A DNA stretch of 64,000 nt, from positions 101,997,741 to 102,061,740 of the forward strand of contig CM041465.1 in assembly GCA_023213395.1 (NCBI GenBank). The letters are read 5' to 3'. This document shows positions 1-13,372 of the stretch, piece after piece; position 1 is the first letter of the stretch; every line of letters starts with the position of its first letter. The notes beneath the pieces are model-generated. The model was given only the letters and a program-made list of their open reading frames with translations. It was not told the origin of the DNA and searched no databases. Both the position numbers and the translations under genes were made by a program. Source of the DNA: Cycas panzhihuaensis (lineage: Eukaryota; Plantae; Cycadophyta).

Positions 1-731
1 TATGCTTGGGAGGGTCCCAATGCTATTGGTGCACCCCTATCTAGTACCCCCAGAATCCTTCTAACATCGGCAAGGGTGATAGTAACATCCCCTACTTAAG
101 GGAGATAGAATACGTGCCTCCTACAGTCCTAGTGAAAAATTATATCTATTAAGAGGGCCTGGTCTTATGCATACTAAGGTGTATGAATGATCTTCTTCAA
201 CCTACACCGCCATAAGATTTCCCTCTCTTATCTCTCTAGTAGGTCAATAAACTTAACCATAGCCTTGCCAATGTTTTTGTGGTTATCGATTGTGATAACG
301 AGCTGCAAAAATAAGAAAGCACATCACCAATTAGCTAATCTCCTCTCTAACATCAAAAAATAAGAGAAATTAACATAAATTTTAAAGTACTTTAGTTTTC
401 ATTAAATTGTCTTAGCACTACAAATATATTAGCGGGTCTTACTAGCTCCTCCTTGGCTCATGAGGAAGTTCACAGTCCCACAGCTTCTCGTACCAAAAAT
501 TAATAAATAAATAAATAAAATATTTATTTTTTGTGAACTGTAACTAGTCCACTAGGACCAGGGCTCTCTAATGCCTTGGTCCAACCCCTTCTAAGCCCTC
601 AAATGCATCCTGGAAGGATCAATTTGCCCACAAGGGGACCTAAACTATAATTAAAAGCACTACTAACAAAAATTCAAAATTAAGGGTTAAGACCCAGATC
701 AGCATACTAGATTGGGTCTAAACGTGACCAT
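1..731 (-). pseudogene. 5' part of antisense PMD (Plant Mobile Domain) gene, A unit 0: exon 1 708-731, intron 303-707, exon 2 from 302
   Basis: ATG at 731, GTATGC donor at 707, TTTTTGCAG acceptor at 303. Exon 2 reads ...DIIFH*DCRRHVFYLP*VGDVTITLADVRRILGV, matching the PMD W-x-HxFHLP-GExTITLxDV motif. Confidence 0.8.
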
Positions 732-1408
732 CTCTTACTCTTAGACATAATGACTCTCCTTGTGTGATGATCTGACAGTCAAATCTCCTCCACTAAATGC
801 ATGATGGGATGGTAAATTAGGGTGTTAAAAGTCTAAAGAGTGTCAAAATGAATCATGTTTCTAACCCCCATCCTCCTTTTATTTGTGGAGCCATCTGAGG
901 CACTACATCCTTTCTCCACCATGAAAGAGCCACCAGGATCATTTGTTCGGGCCCATCTTTGATCCCTTTAGGAACCAAGTCTATTTTCACCCTTAGAAAT
1001 ACCTTTTCCCTTCAGTTAGTATATTTATAATGCCTTCTCTCAGCCTTTCTCGTAAGCCCTCTGCTTGATTTTTGCACTGTTTGAAACACTGTTGAAGTTT
1101 ATACTCTATTAGCCTGTTTTGACACCCTAGATCTATTTTTGCCATCTGTAGAAGTCCCTAAGGCTTCTAATAGGATCTCCTTCCTACCATAGGTCCTAGT
1201 TGGCCCTGTACCAACCCTAAGGACTCATTGAACAACTTGTTGCTATGATAACTCTCTCCCATCTATAGGGCAGGCCCTCTATGAGCCTGGTAGCCTACCC
1301 ATAGGGCTCTCCTTTCCTCCCATCATTAGTTTTCTGATTTATTGTGAGTTATAAAAGTCCCTTTTAACCACTTCCTTTCCTTCTTATAACCATCTGCTTC
1401 TTTTCACT

Positions 1409-1837
1409 ATGACTCTGCTTATTTATATAGATGGTGCTAATTGTGGTAACCTAAGAACTTTTATAGTTGCATGGATCATTTGTGATCCCTCTAAGCATGA
1501 TATCATGTATTCTAGAGTGTACTTACCTGAGGCCATGAATAATGAGGATGAGTATACGACCATTATCTAGGCCCTTACCAATGCACTTCACTTCCATCAT
1601 GGACCCATCATCCTTCATTGTGTTTCTCAGGTCATCGTGTTACAACTAACTCAAATCTATTAAGTCTGTTACCCCTGACTGAGATCCTTTGCCTCGACCG
1701 CTAGGTCTCTCTTATCCTTCTTTTCCTTGGTGGATATCTAGCATATCCCCCATGATCAGAATGTCGAAGTAGATAGCCTCATTCACTTTATCCTTGAACA
1801 TTGCCTCTAATCCTTAAATGATCCATTGTCAACTTAG
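1409..1837 (+). pseudogene. Stand-alone archaeal-type RNase HI (aRH) ORF, degenerate, A unit 0
   Basis: MTLLIYIDG..GN, EAMNNEDEY and HIPHDQNVEVD; homologous to the copies at 12529, 23957, 31547 and 52616. Confidence 0.85.
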
Positions 1838-2252
1838 TATGTTGGCCCACTTAAGGTGTTTGTTATAGCTCGTTGCATTAGGATGATAAGGCATCCCCCC
1901 ATCTCCTCCTTACTTATTTCCCATTTATTTTATAGGGATTCTAATCCCACTCTATCCTCCAATATTATATCACCATCTTAGGTGTCACCATGGGCAACCC
2001 CTAGGTCACGCTTTCTAGGCATCCCACATACGATTTTAGCTTAGGGCTCCTTACCCTGAGGATGGTTTGAGATATGCATCCCCTTCCTCACCCTAACATA
2101 TGTTTCCCACCCATGTGATCCATCATGACATTCACCACTTACCTTGGTCACCAATATATGGATTTAGATATGTTTCACTAATGATTTATGTTGATATCAC
2201 TCACCATCGTCTAGCACTTCTAAGCGACGAGGTTCTACTGCTAAGGAGGCAG

Positions 2253-5200
2253 TGTTTCCTAGCCACTGGGAATGGATAGGGATAGCACTGCACAGTTAAG
2301 ATTGGGTATACTCTTTTCCCCTTTCTCTTTTTGTTCCATTTCTTTAATTATTAGATTATATGATGATTGTATGGTTGCTTGGCTACTTAGATTGCCTGCC
2401 TGATCGCTTTGCCTATGTATGATCCTTGCTTATGACAACTAGGACTCCATTCAAATGGCAATATTGAGCTCCCATGGTGAATCCCCTCTTGGTGATTGGT
2501 TCCTCACATACTTCCGTAGCCTAGCTTAGTAACTCTTAGCTTGTTCATACTCTTTTGTGACATCTTTTTCCTTTGTTATGCCTCATTTATCACTTGGTTC
2601 ACCAAGGGATGTTTATTGAGGTTTTTTACTATGAAAAGGTGCCCCTCATTGCTCACTCCATGTGAGGTTTACTAATGATTTTTAGTAGTGACTAGTTGGG
2701 CCTTTTTGTACCTTATCATACATGGTTATCATTATTATGTTGAGTCCTGACTCATTTCGATGCATTCCTCGTATGTTTCTAGCATTTTTCTATATGTAGA
2801 ATGGCTTAGAATTGGCCTAATGGTCTTTTAGGTGTATGTTTTTGGCCCTTTAATAGCCCACGTTATCATGTTTTGCCCTTTTTAATTGATATTTATCAAC
2901 TTTTTGCCAATATTCTATGCACTTATTATTACCCTGCCCTTTTTTTGTCCACACCTCTCTGATTATTATGCCCTACTAATATATTAGTGGTGTCATGAAC
3001 CAATTTGTGGTGTGACTGTTATAAGTTTAAATGCAACCAAAAATAATTAAAAACACATATAATTCAAGATTGACATAGGATTTGGCCATGGGACTAGCCC
3101 AGATTAGGCCCTGAAGATCTTGAGATGTCACCCAAACTATAAAAACCTTAATTCAAACTCATTTGCTCTCTCTTCAATAAACGTTTTATACTCAACTCCA
3201 CATTTCACTAAAAAAACTCTCATCCTCTTAACATCTACTTGTAGTCCACATATAGAGCAATGTTTCAACAAGGGAAAGTAGGTAGGGTTAAGCTCTACAA
3301 TAGCATTAGATCATCCCCATGCTATTAAGTCATAACGAAGTGTTAGATTCCTTCCTAAAAAACATTAATTTCTTTTCCAAGACTCTCAATTTCTTAGTTG
3401 AAAACATTCTTTTACCTCAACCTCTCCTTCAACTAAGGTAAGCTACATTGCTACAATTTTTTATTGCTAAAATACTTAAGTTTCCATTCTTTCCCCCAAA
3501 TATTTGTCCCATATGGTATTAATTTCATAATGTAGGAAAGGTTTCATATGCACTATCTCATTTCCTTGAGGATATAGGAGGCAACACCTCCTTTTACCTA
3601 CAAAACTCATTATTTCACTTCCAAACCATCAGCAAATAGAGGATAGGGAGCCTAATCATCTAAGGGAAGTTATAGGAAGGTTCATTGGCTTGAGTTTTGA
3701 CTCTAATAGGCCCCTTTTGCTTGGGTAACCTCCATTCCCAAGATACATAGCATCCTACCATACCTCCACCTTGCCAATGTGATAATTGTGATTATAAAAC
3801 TTGTGCAACATTTTTCTTGTAACTTGATATACTTCTCTAAAACACCAATCTAACTGGCAACTTAGAGCGAGGCAACTGTAGCCACTGGGGGAATACCACC
3901 ATGTAGGGAAGCTTACCATCCCAAGGCAACCCCTCTCGTCTTCTTCTCTTCCTCTTTCCTCTTCTCAACATTGCATGGAAACATTCTATGGTAAAAAATA
4001 GAATTTAGTTTTTATTTTGTTGTTGCAAGTTAGAAACTAGCGCTTTAGCACTTCATTGCTTTATAGTGACTAACACATATATAAAGACATACATATACAT
4101 ACTTGTTATTACTTGTAGAAGAGTTGTTTCCTTTGTTATGTAGGTTAAAGGCCCCATCTTAACAAGCAAGGTAGCAAATTGTAAGGAGGTAATGCAATCC
4201 TTATTTTAAGCATATTATGTGTTTCATGTCCCTCTCTTTCTTTTATTTTGCAGTTGTTTGGCTTGATATCTTGGGGAAGGTAAGCAAGGCCCACCCAAAC
4301 TCTGTCGATGACATCTTCAACATCAAGAGCAATGAATTTGTCGGCAAGTAGGATACGTGAAGAAGAGTTGTGCCACTCCACCAATCGTTAGATATTTGGG
4401 TACATTCTGTTTAACTTTTTCTTTTCCTACCTCTCTCACCCCCTTGCCTAAAGAAAATAAAAGTGTAGTAAAAAGGAAAATTTTTATTTCTATTCTTGCA
4501 TGCTTGCATGTTACATAAGGAAGAAATGCATGGCATAGACTAGACATTCTTTCTTTCTCTCTCATATTCAAAACAAAAATCTATATGTTTTCCCTTTCCC
4601 CTTATCTTTGTATACTGCAGAGTGAAAAGGTTTAAAATAAAAAAGGGTACATTGGTTTCCTCCTCATATAAATAGGACATATCATTGCATTCCTTTCATT
4701 TACTACACTAGAAAAAAGGGGTAGTCATGAATGAGTAATCATTATATTCTTTTTCTTTCCTTTCACTCCCTTAAATAATCCCTTGAGAGAAAAAGTGAAA
4801 TGAGAGCGAGTGAGAGTAGCTAGGTTGTTTTCATTGCAAAGTGGTTACTTGTTTCTAAAACATCAAAACAACTACCATTATTACAATACAAACCTATTCC
4901 ATAAATAAGAGAAACAACTACCCTTCTTTTCCTCCTTCTCACATTCAATGAAAAGTGCAAATCCTAGTCACAACCATATGTTGTAACATCCTCTCACTCC
5001 CTACACCTTGACATTAAAAACCCTAGCTTCTTAAGGGCAATCCTTTAGGTGCCAAACTAACTACCTTGGACCCCCACTTGCAATAAACCGTAAGAAGCTA
5101 ATCCTCCTACCTACGCTCACTCCTCCTTGTCATCAAACTAATAAATAAATGAGTAAGTAGAAGCTAAGCAAATCAATGACCATTATCTCTCCTTCTCATC

Positions 5201-5528
5201 TCTAGGGTTCCTTTCCATAAGGAACCATTACCTTTTCATCTCCTCCTCAAGAGGAGATCTTCTTCACCCTCTTTCACCTTGAGGGTAGGAGAGCCCTACC
5301 TTGGCTACTCAGCAACTTAAGGATGCCTTTGTCACCCCCTTTTATTTCGTATCAAGAAGACACCTTAGAAGAGAGGTGTCTTACACATGGTTGTGGGTCC
5401 TTGAACCTATGTTTTGACGCACAGATGCCCTTTGAGGATATCTTAGCTACTTTCTTTCCTCCCATTCATTAGCTTATGTAACTAGTAAGGATAGTCAAGA
5501 CCTCATAACCCCTAGAGGTGTGCTTCCA
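2253..5528 (+). repeat. Family A LTR1 (~3276 bp)
   Basis: Starts TGTTTCC right after the purine tract AAGGAGGCAG, ends GCTTCCA before the PBS, and repeats at 13373-16612. Confidence 0.85.
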
Positions 5529-5540
5529 TTGGAAACCATA
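5529..5540 (+). other. Degenerate primer-binding site (consensus CTGGCGACCATA, probably tRNA-Arg)
   Basis: TTGGAAACCATA directly after the LTR terminal CA; intact TGGCGACCATA at the same position in element B. Confidence 0.7.
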
Positions 5541-5701
5541 TTGGGGACCCACTAGTAAGGGAAAACCATAACCCCCCCATTTTTTGTTAGTGTTAGCCTC
5601 CCTCTTTTCCTTCCATACCTCTTAGATTCATTGGCCAACTCCTAATGTCTTCATTACTCCTTTTATCTTGCCCCTTCTATGACTTTTAGGGTGAGATGTG
5701 G

Positions 5702-8700
5702 ATGTGACATTTCTCCCATCATTTATGTGGTCTTTTCTCCATCTCAGAAGAACCCTTATATTATTCTATCCCCTTATCTGATTATGAATCAGTAATAGAG
5801 GGATACCCATCAGAGTGGGCATACTATGCCTAGATTTTTGAAACCCAAGTTTAAACCTTAAGTTCCCTCCAAGATCCTGCTCAAGAGGGAAAAGATCTTA
5901 TTTTCTATTTGGGTGACCAAAAGCACCCAGATTTTTACTCGTTCCCTATGCATCATGTAGGCATATCCACCTCCATGGAATACTATCACCCTAGTGAGAA
6001 TTCCTGAGGACCAACCTGTGGGTCTTACCTTGCACAAGGAGCCTTTCACCTCGTATGAGTAGGCAAAAACTCCTCCTGTGAATATAGTAGAGGCATTGTG
6101 GTAGTGCTTTGGAGCTATAAGCACCATGTTGCCTCTAAAGTAACTAGATGGCCTCTTTCATAGCATGGCGCCATCTGCTTCTACACATGTGTCTTTCATT
6201 TTATCTCAACCACTATTCATGGCAACGATAGGACCTGCTCCTATTGTTTCCTCCTATTCGCATGCCCCTTATATCCAAGGAGCTCCACAGGGCATATCTA
6301 CATCACAAATTAGGTTGAGAATATCCCTTCCAAACTAGGTGCCCATGCTTTAACCTATCGTGGTTTATACCCCTTTCACGTGACCTAGGTGACCCTCACA
6401 TCCCCAATCCTTAGGCCATATGAGACTCATCCCTATGTGTCCTTATCTATATCCAATGGACTCTTCCCTTTACGTACCTCTAGGGTGCACATCCTAACCT
6501 TGTAGGCATGGAAGAGAAAACCCTCATCTGGTTTATGAGGTGGATTCATTGCACCCTTATAGAGTTACACCTCCTATATGTAGCCCATATAAGCAAAACC
6601 CTATACCTCATGCCCTTTCCTTATCTTCATGTTTGACTCCATATACAGTACCTTCCTGAGGAGGATTCCTTCCTCCTCGTGACCCTTAGTCTCGTATGCC
6701 CTCTTAACAAGGGGTGTATTCTTAAAGCATAATGGAATCATCTCACCTACCTCCCTCCTATTCTAACCTTCCCTTAAATGGGAACAACTCCTTCCCACCA
6801 AGCAGGTGGGAATCCTTATCCCTCATACACCCAAACCCCTCAAGGAAGAGTTAGGTATCCATATCCACCTCATCTCGTGCCTTCGGTTGACCCTTTAGCT
6901 CAACCAAGGGTTCATCTTTTTATGGGTCAAGCCCACTATCAATTGAGGTGCTCAGGACTAACATGTCGCCTCACCCTCTCGAGGTGCCCAAATTTGATGG
7001 TACCTCATCACAATACTTAACTGTACATGTTCAGAGTTTCTTCATGGCATTCATTGATTATTAGGCTTATGACCATATATTGATAAAATTATTTCCTCAT
7101 TCTTTGTATAGAGACACCCTTAAATGGTTTTATTGTCTCCCTACCCATTCAATTCACTCCTTCCAACATCTTATGGATGAGTTTGTCAACTAATTTAATG
7201 TAGCTTGCCCCTTTGAGAGTGAGATCAAAGCTCTACTCTCCCTCAAATAAGTCCATAATGAAATGAATCGTGACTTTGTTGGGCATTTCCATGACCTCCT
7301 CTATTCCAAAAAGGCTACATTATTTGAAGAATTAAAGAGGGATATTTTTATGAATGCCCTTAGACCTATAGTCTATGTCGAAGTCCTCAAAATGGGGATG
7401 ACGATATGTGAGTCTGCCATAGTGAAATGCTTGGAACTTAAGGCAATTGAGATCCAAGTAGGTCTTAAGAAGCCTCTTAGGTTATTGTAATGACGTGAGG
7501 CACCCCCTTTGTCGTGTGACCAATGACCCCAACAATCTCCAAGGCTACCTACCTATATGATGAAGAGGACATTGGATCCTTTAACCTCTACCATATACTC
7601 ACTCGAGTGTATGATGAAGGAGTTAAAGCTCTAACCCTTCTAATCACCTTCATATTCCCAAAGGCATGTTCATTAGGCATCCTAAGCTGCATTGCCTAAA
7701 GGCAAAAACACCCAAACCTCTCAGGCAAGGAAGATGTGACCCTCCCCTAAGAAAAAATGGTACTTTATCTATGGCAAGTGTCTTCATAAAGATTCATAAT
7801 ATTGGGTGCAACACCCCGAGCTTGCGCCACAGCATGATTCTTATCCTAAACAGGTATCTAGGTGTAACTTAAACTAACCCATTCATCATGATCCCTTTCC
7901 CAAGCATGGGGAATATGATTGATCCACTTAGGATAGAGAGACAAGGTAAAGGAGATGATCCCCCAACCTTGGTCCTCAGTAAATGAAGGGAAAGGGGAAA
8001 AGGAATTCATCTTCTACTCCTAGTCTTCATCACTAACCTTCCTCATCCCAATATAAATTCACTTGATGGTAATAGAATACTTTACTAAATGGGTTGAAGC
8101 TGTTATATTCACCTCCACTATCGGTAAGACAATTATCACCTTCATCGAACAACACATTATCTATCGATCTAGGGTCCCTGACATCTTAATCATAGATAAT
8201 GGTATGCCTTTTTGTAATAAGGAGATGGATAAACTCTGTGAGAGATTCAAGATATCTTATAAGACTTCATCTCCCTACTACCCCTAGGCCAACGACCAAA
8301 TTGATTTGTTTAATAAGATCCTTATCAACATTTTGAAGAAGACAGTTACCTAATCCCAAAGGGATTGGTGCTTTCAGCTTTATTCTGCCATATGGCCCTA
8401 CTACACCTCTATCTACATAGCAACAGGAATGACCCTATTCTCCCTAGTGTATGAGATGGAAGCGTTCTACCCCTGGAGGTTGAGATCCCCTCCTTAAGGG
8501 TTTCTCCTAAGGGTCTCATCGATGAGGAGTTATATAGCCAAGCACACTTCCTAGACCTCGAAACCCTTGATGAGAAGTGCTTAGCTGTGTACCAAGAAAA
8601 TATCACTTCCAAGGCTAGAGCACGTAAGATATATGACAAATGTCTATGTCCTTTCCCTTTAAACCCTAGAGACTAAATCCTCAAACTAAAGTATCTCCAT

Positions 8701-8850
8701 GATCAACTATCTAAATTTAGCCCCAAATAGGGAGGCCTCTTCATCATCCTCAAGAGCCTTGACAATAACGCATATAGTATAGCAATGTTAGAAGGGCTTA
8801 AATTTGACAAAGTCATAAATAATAAGTTCCTAAAGAAATTCTATATGTGA
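5702..8850 (+). pseudogene. gag: Degenerate gag joined to integrase core/C-terminus (PR, RT, RH deleted), A unit 1
   Basis: Gag motifs PKFDGT, LFP.SL and LKRDIFMNAL. At ~8045 it runs straight into QYKF..EYFTKWVEA, DNG..F, TSSPYYP, PLEVEIPS and FLKKFY. Confidence 0.85.
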
Positions 8851-9639
8851 TCCATTTTACTTTTGAGTAGAATGGACACCTTTCCTTCACTCTAAAATGA
8901 GCCTAAACTACCTCTGAAACACTTTGCCATGCCTTCATATTAGGGGCACGATGCATGTTTGGATCTTAGATCACTTCATGTGTTGATCAGGAAGCCACAC
9001 CCCTTTCTAAAGGAGTTATTTGCCCCCTTTAATAATAAAGCACCCCTCTTTTACTCATTATTAGTAATTGTTCAGTTGTATCAGTTTATTGGCACATTCG
9101 TAGTTATGGTTTCATCCAAGGATGTGACTTAACTTGTTTTTGAGCATGAGTGACTACTTAGAAAAGCCCTTAGGGATAGTCCATATCCTCTCTTTGACTA
9201 TTTCTTGGGGTACTTATACCCATTTAGTTGATTTCTTAGTAGGATCCCCATGTTCCATTTGAGGAACATGCATGATCCCCTTGTCCTAGTCTAGTGTAGA
9301 GTCACCTGCCACATAGGGTGATTGTGTGTGCCTTGTGCAAGTTCCATGCTACATAAAAGAAAGCATTCAAGCTAAAAGCATCTCTATATACATGATACAA
9401 CAGAATGTAAATCAATCCATACATCCATAATCAATAAAATAGGCAAAGTATATCAAAATGGGGTGCTAATATGACCCTTGTATATATATACAAAATGAGT
9501 AATGGTATAAAATATCAGTAGCATACTCCTGAGGAAGCTTGAATCCTTATAGAGGGTAGGTAAAAGCATGTATCTATATGTGATAAAGAATCCCCTGGAG
9601 GTCTAAAGCTTTCCTGTCACAAAAGATCTATAATATAAT

Positions 9640-11905
9640 AGTCATGTGAGGCTACCATATCCTTATGGCATGTCATCTCCTAACATATCTACTCCCTTGC
9701 CTAGAGACCACATCCCTCCCAAGCTCCTCCTCCTCCTCTATAAGGTCCCATCCTTATTCCCCTCATCTCTTTCCTTCTTTTAGGATGGTGTCACTATATG
9801 AGTCTTACTACGTGAGGACCGAGTAGCCATTTGGTTGACCAATTAGTCATATCTCTCTTGTAGTCTATCCCTCTTGATCAGTAGTTGACCCTGCTCTCTC
9901 TCCATCCCATAGATCCTCTCCTTGACCATGATGTCCCTCATGTCACCTCTAGCATCTCTAACTCCTCCTCCCTTGAGTCGCCAGCACCTACACCTAAGCT
10001 TATAGCTAGTCTCTCTTAGCCCATAGCTGGTCCCTCTTATCTTATAACTCTTGGGCCTCTACAACCCATATATCTCCAGCTCATGTAAGTAAAGCAAAAG
10101 TGAAAGTGTGCCTCTTTACCAACCCAGGCTCCTTACTCTCTATGATGGGAGGCTCTCCTTCCTTGTATACTTATAGGAAGAGCTCAGTGACCACCAGCCT
10201 TAACAGACCACCTGCCTTACTAGCTCCCTTATGTTATCTCCACCTATCATCCATAGACATTAGGGTTTTAGTAAGAGTGTATGTAATAATCCATCAAAAC
10301 CTAAAATATATAAAGCATATCAAATAAACTTCGTAAGCATCAAATGACCAAATTGAAAACTAAAGATAGAGTAGAGGGGAAGTTTCACCTCATGGGGTGC
10401 TTGACACCTCTTCAACACTACACCTGCAACTGTAGTCACTATCTCCTCCTCTCCTAGCTTTTCCTTCTCCCCTAGAAGACCTGGTGCATCACCTCCCTTA
10501 GCCTCCTCTTCTCTAAGGACCTCCTCTCCACCTATGGCCAAAGTTGCCTTTACCATTGTTGCTATCACTACCTCTACCTCTAGGTCATCGCTAGCAGCTC
10601 CCTCCTCCTCCTCCTTGTCACCTAACTCCTCTCTTGGAGCATCGACTGCCTTGCCTCCCTCTCATAGTCATCTAATATAAGGAGATTTAAGGATGTAGCT
10701 ACCATTGATCACCTAATGTATGCTAGCTCTCTTGCACTCCTGAATCAATCTACCACTTATGCACCATTAGAGCACAGGCTACTATTGGTTGGGTACCTAC
10801 TCCTAGAGCCACTCCATGAAAGTGATATAAAAACTAACACTAGAGGAGGGAGGAAAATAAAAATCCTCTTTGTCCCAAATCCTCCTTGCCCCACCCTACT
10901 GATCTAGTCTAGTTAGGCTATAAGATTAGCCACTATCAAAGTGGCCTAGTCAAAGAACTCCCCCTGCTCACACCTTCTCAATGTAGGAGATCTGAAATAG
11001 AATAGCAAACACCATCATCTTCCTCACATGAGGAATCTTTGATATGACAATGGATCTTAGTGGTATACCCCTCTAGTCCCAGTAACCCTAACTTGTGAAA
11101 AATCTTAGAGACTCCTAATGGGTTACATCTGTACTCAAGAGGGTCCCTAATGCTATTAATACACCCCTATCTGACACCCCTAGAATCCTCCTAACGTCAA
11201 TAGGGGTGATAGTAATGTCTCCTACCTGAGGGAGATGGGATATGTGCCTCCTATAGTCCTAATGAGAAATGATATCTACTAGGAGGGCTGGTCTGACGTG
11301 TACTAAGGCAAATAGATGATCTTCTTTAACTAATACTACTACAAGATCACCCTCTCCTATCTCTCCAGTAGGTTAGTAAACCCAACCATAGCCCTACCAA
11401 TGTTTTCATAATTATTGACTGTGATAACATACTGCAAAAACAAGAAAGCACATTACCAGATAGCTAATCTCCTCTCTCTCAATCAAAAGTCCTCTTTAAC
11501 AATCAAGAAACAAGAGAAATTAATATAAACTTCAAAATTTTTTATTTTCCATTAAACTATCCTAGCACACTAATATATTTGTAGCATTACAAATATATTA
11601 GCAAGTCCTGATGACTCCTCCTTGGCTAGCAAGGAAGTTCATGGTCCCATAACTTCCTATCAAAAATTTAAAAAAAAAATAGAAAATAAACAAAATTTTT
11701 ATTTTTTGTAAACTATAATAGTCCACTAGGACCAGGGTTTCCTGATGCCCTAGTCTATCCCCTTCAAAGTGCTCAAATGGGTCCTAGAATACCTAATTCA
11801 CCCACAAAGGGACCTAAACTGTAATTAAAATCACTACTGATAAAAAATTAAAATTAAGGGTCAAGGCCTAGATCAGCATACCAAATCGAATCTGATCACA
11901 GCCAT
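9640..11905 (-). pseudogene. Antisense spliced PMD gene, A unit 1: exon 1 11882-11905, intron 1 11432-11881, intron 2 ~10244-10388; 3' end approximate
   Basis: Homologous to the B and C copies, with GT..AG boundaries at equivalent positions, an acidic Glu/Gly-rich segment, and internal deletions and stops. Confidence 0.75.
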
Positions 11906-12528
11906 CTCTCACTCCTTGACCCAAAGACTCTCCCTGTGTGATAATTCAATAGTCAGATCTCCTCCACTAAAATCTCGTTTCCACCCCTTGCCCTCCTTTT
12001 ATTCATGGAGCCATCAGAGCCACTGCATCCTTTCTTCACCATGAAGGAGCTACTGGTATCATTTCTTTGGGCCCATCTTTGATCCCTTTAGGCCCAAGTC
12101 CATTGTTACCCTTAGAAACGACTTTTTTCCTTCTTGTAGCATATTTATGATGCCTTCTCTTAGCCTTTCTTGTGAGCCCTTCTGCTTGATTTTCATACCA
12201 TTTGAAACACTATTGGAGTTTATACTCTACTAGCCCATTTTGATTCCTTGGATCTATTTTTTCCATTTGTTTAAGCCCCTAAGGCTCCTAATGGGATCTC
12301 CTTCCTGCCTTAGGTCCTAGTTGGCCCTGTACTAACCTAGGGACTTGTTGAATAACTTGTTACTATGGTAACTCTCCTCCATCCATAGGGCGGGCTCTCT
12401 ATAAGCATAGTAGCCTACTTAGAGGGCTCGCCTATTCTCCTGTGGTTAGTTTTCTGAGTTATCATGAGTTATATAAGCCCCTTTTGACCACTTCCTTTCC
12501 TTCTTACAACCATATGCTTCTTTTTGCT

Positions 12529-12957
12529 ATGACTTTGTTTATCTATATAGATGGTGGTAGTCATAGTAACCTGGGACCTTCTATAGCTTCCTAGATCATC
12601 TATGATCCCTCTGGGCATGATGTCATACATTTTAGAGTGTACTTACCTAAGGCCATGAATAATAAGGTTGAGGATATAGTTGTTATCGAGGCCCTTACTA
12701 ACACACTTCGCTTCCATCATGGCCCTATCATCCTCCATTGTGATTTTCAGGTCATCATATTACAACTGACTCAAATCTATCAAGTCTATTACCCTCAACT
12801 AAGATCCCTTACCTCGACTGCCAGGTCTCTCTTATCCTTCTTTTCCTCAGTGGATATTTGGCATATCCCTCCTGATCAGAATGTTGAAGTAAATAACCTT
12901 GTTCACTTTATCCTTGAATGTTGCCTTCAACCCTTAAATTATCCCCCATCAACTTAG
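12529..12957 (+). pseudogene. Stand-alone aRH ORF, A unit 1 (~142 codons, one in-frame stop)
   Basis: MTLFIYIDGGSHSNLGPS...KAMNNKVED...LHCDFQV...WHIPPDQNVEVNNL; overlaps ORF 12637-12957. Confidence 0.85.
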
Positions 12958-13372
12958 TATGTTGACCTGCCTAAGGTATTTATTACAGTTCCTTTTATTA
13001 GGATGATGAGGCATCCCACCATCCCGTCCTTCCCTATTTTCCATTTATTTTATAGGGATTCCGATCCCATTTTATCCTATAGGACCATATCACCCTCTTA
13101 GGTGTTATCTTAGGCAACCTCTAAGTCACGCTTTTGGGGCATCCTATGTATGTTTTTAGCTTAAGGCTTCATGCCCTTAGGATGGGTTGAGATATGCCTC
13201 TTCTTCCTCACCCTAATGTACATTTCCCATCCACATGATCCATAACGACATTCACTACTCACCTTGGTCACCAACACATGGATTTAGACATGTTTCACTA
13301 ATGATTTATGTTGAAAACATTCACCATCATCCAATGGTCCTAAGCGATGAGGTTTTGCTACTAAGGAGGTAG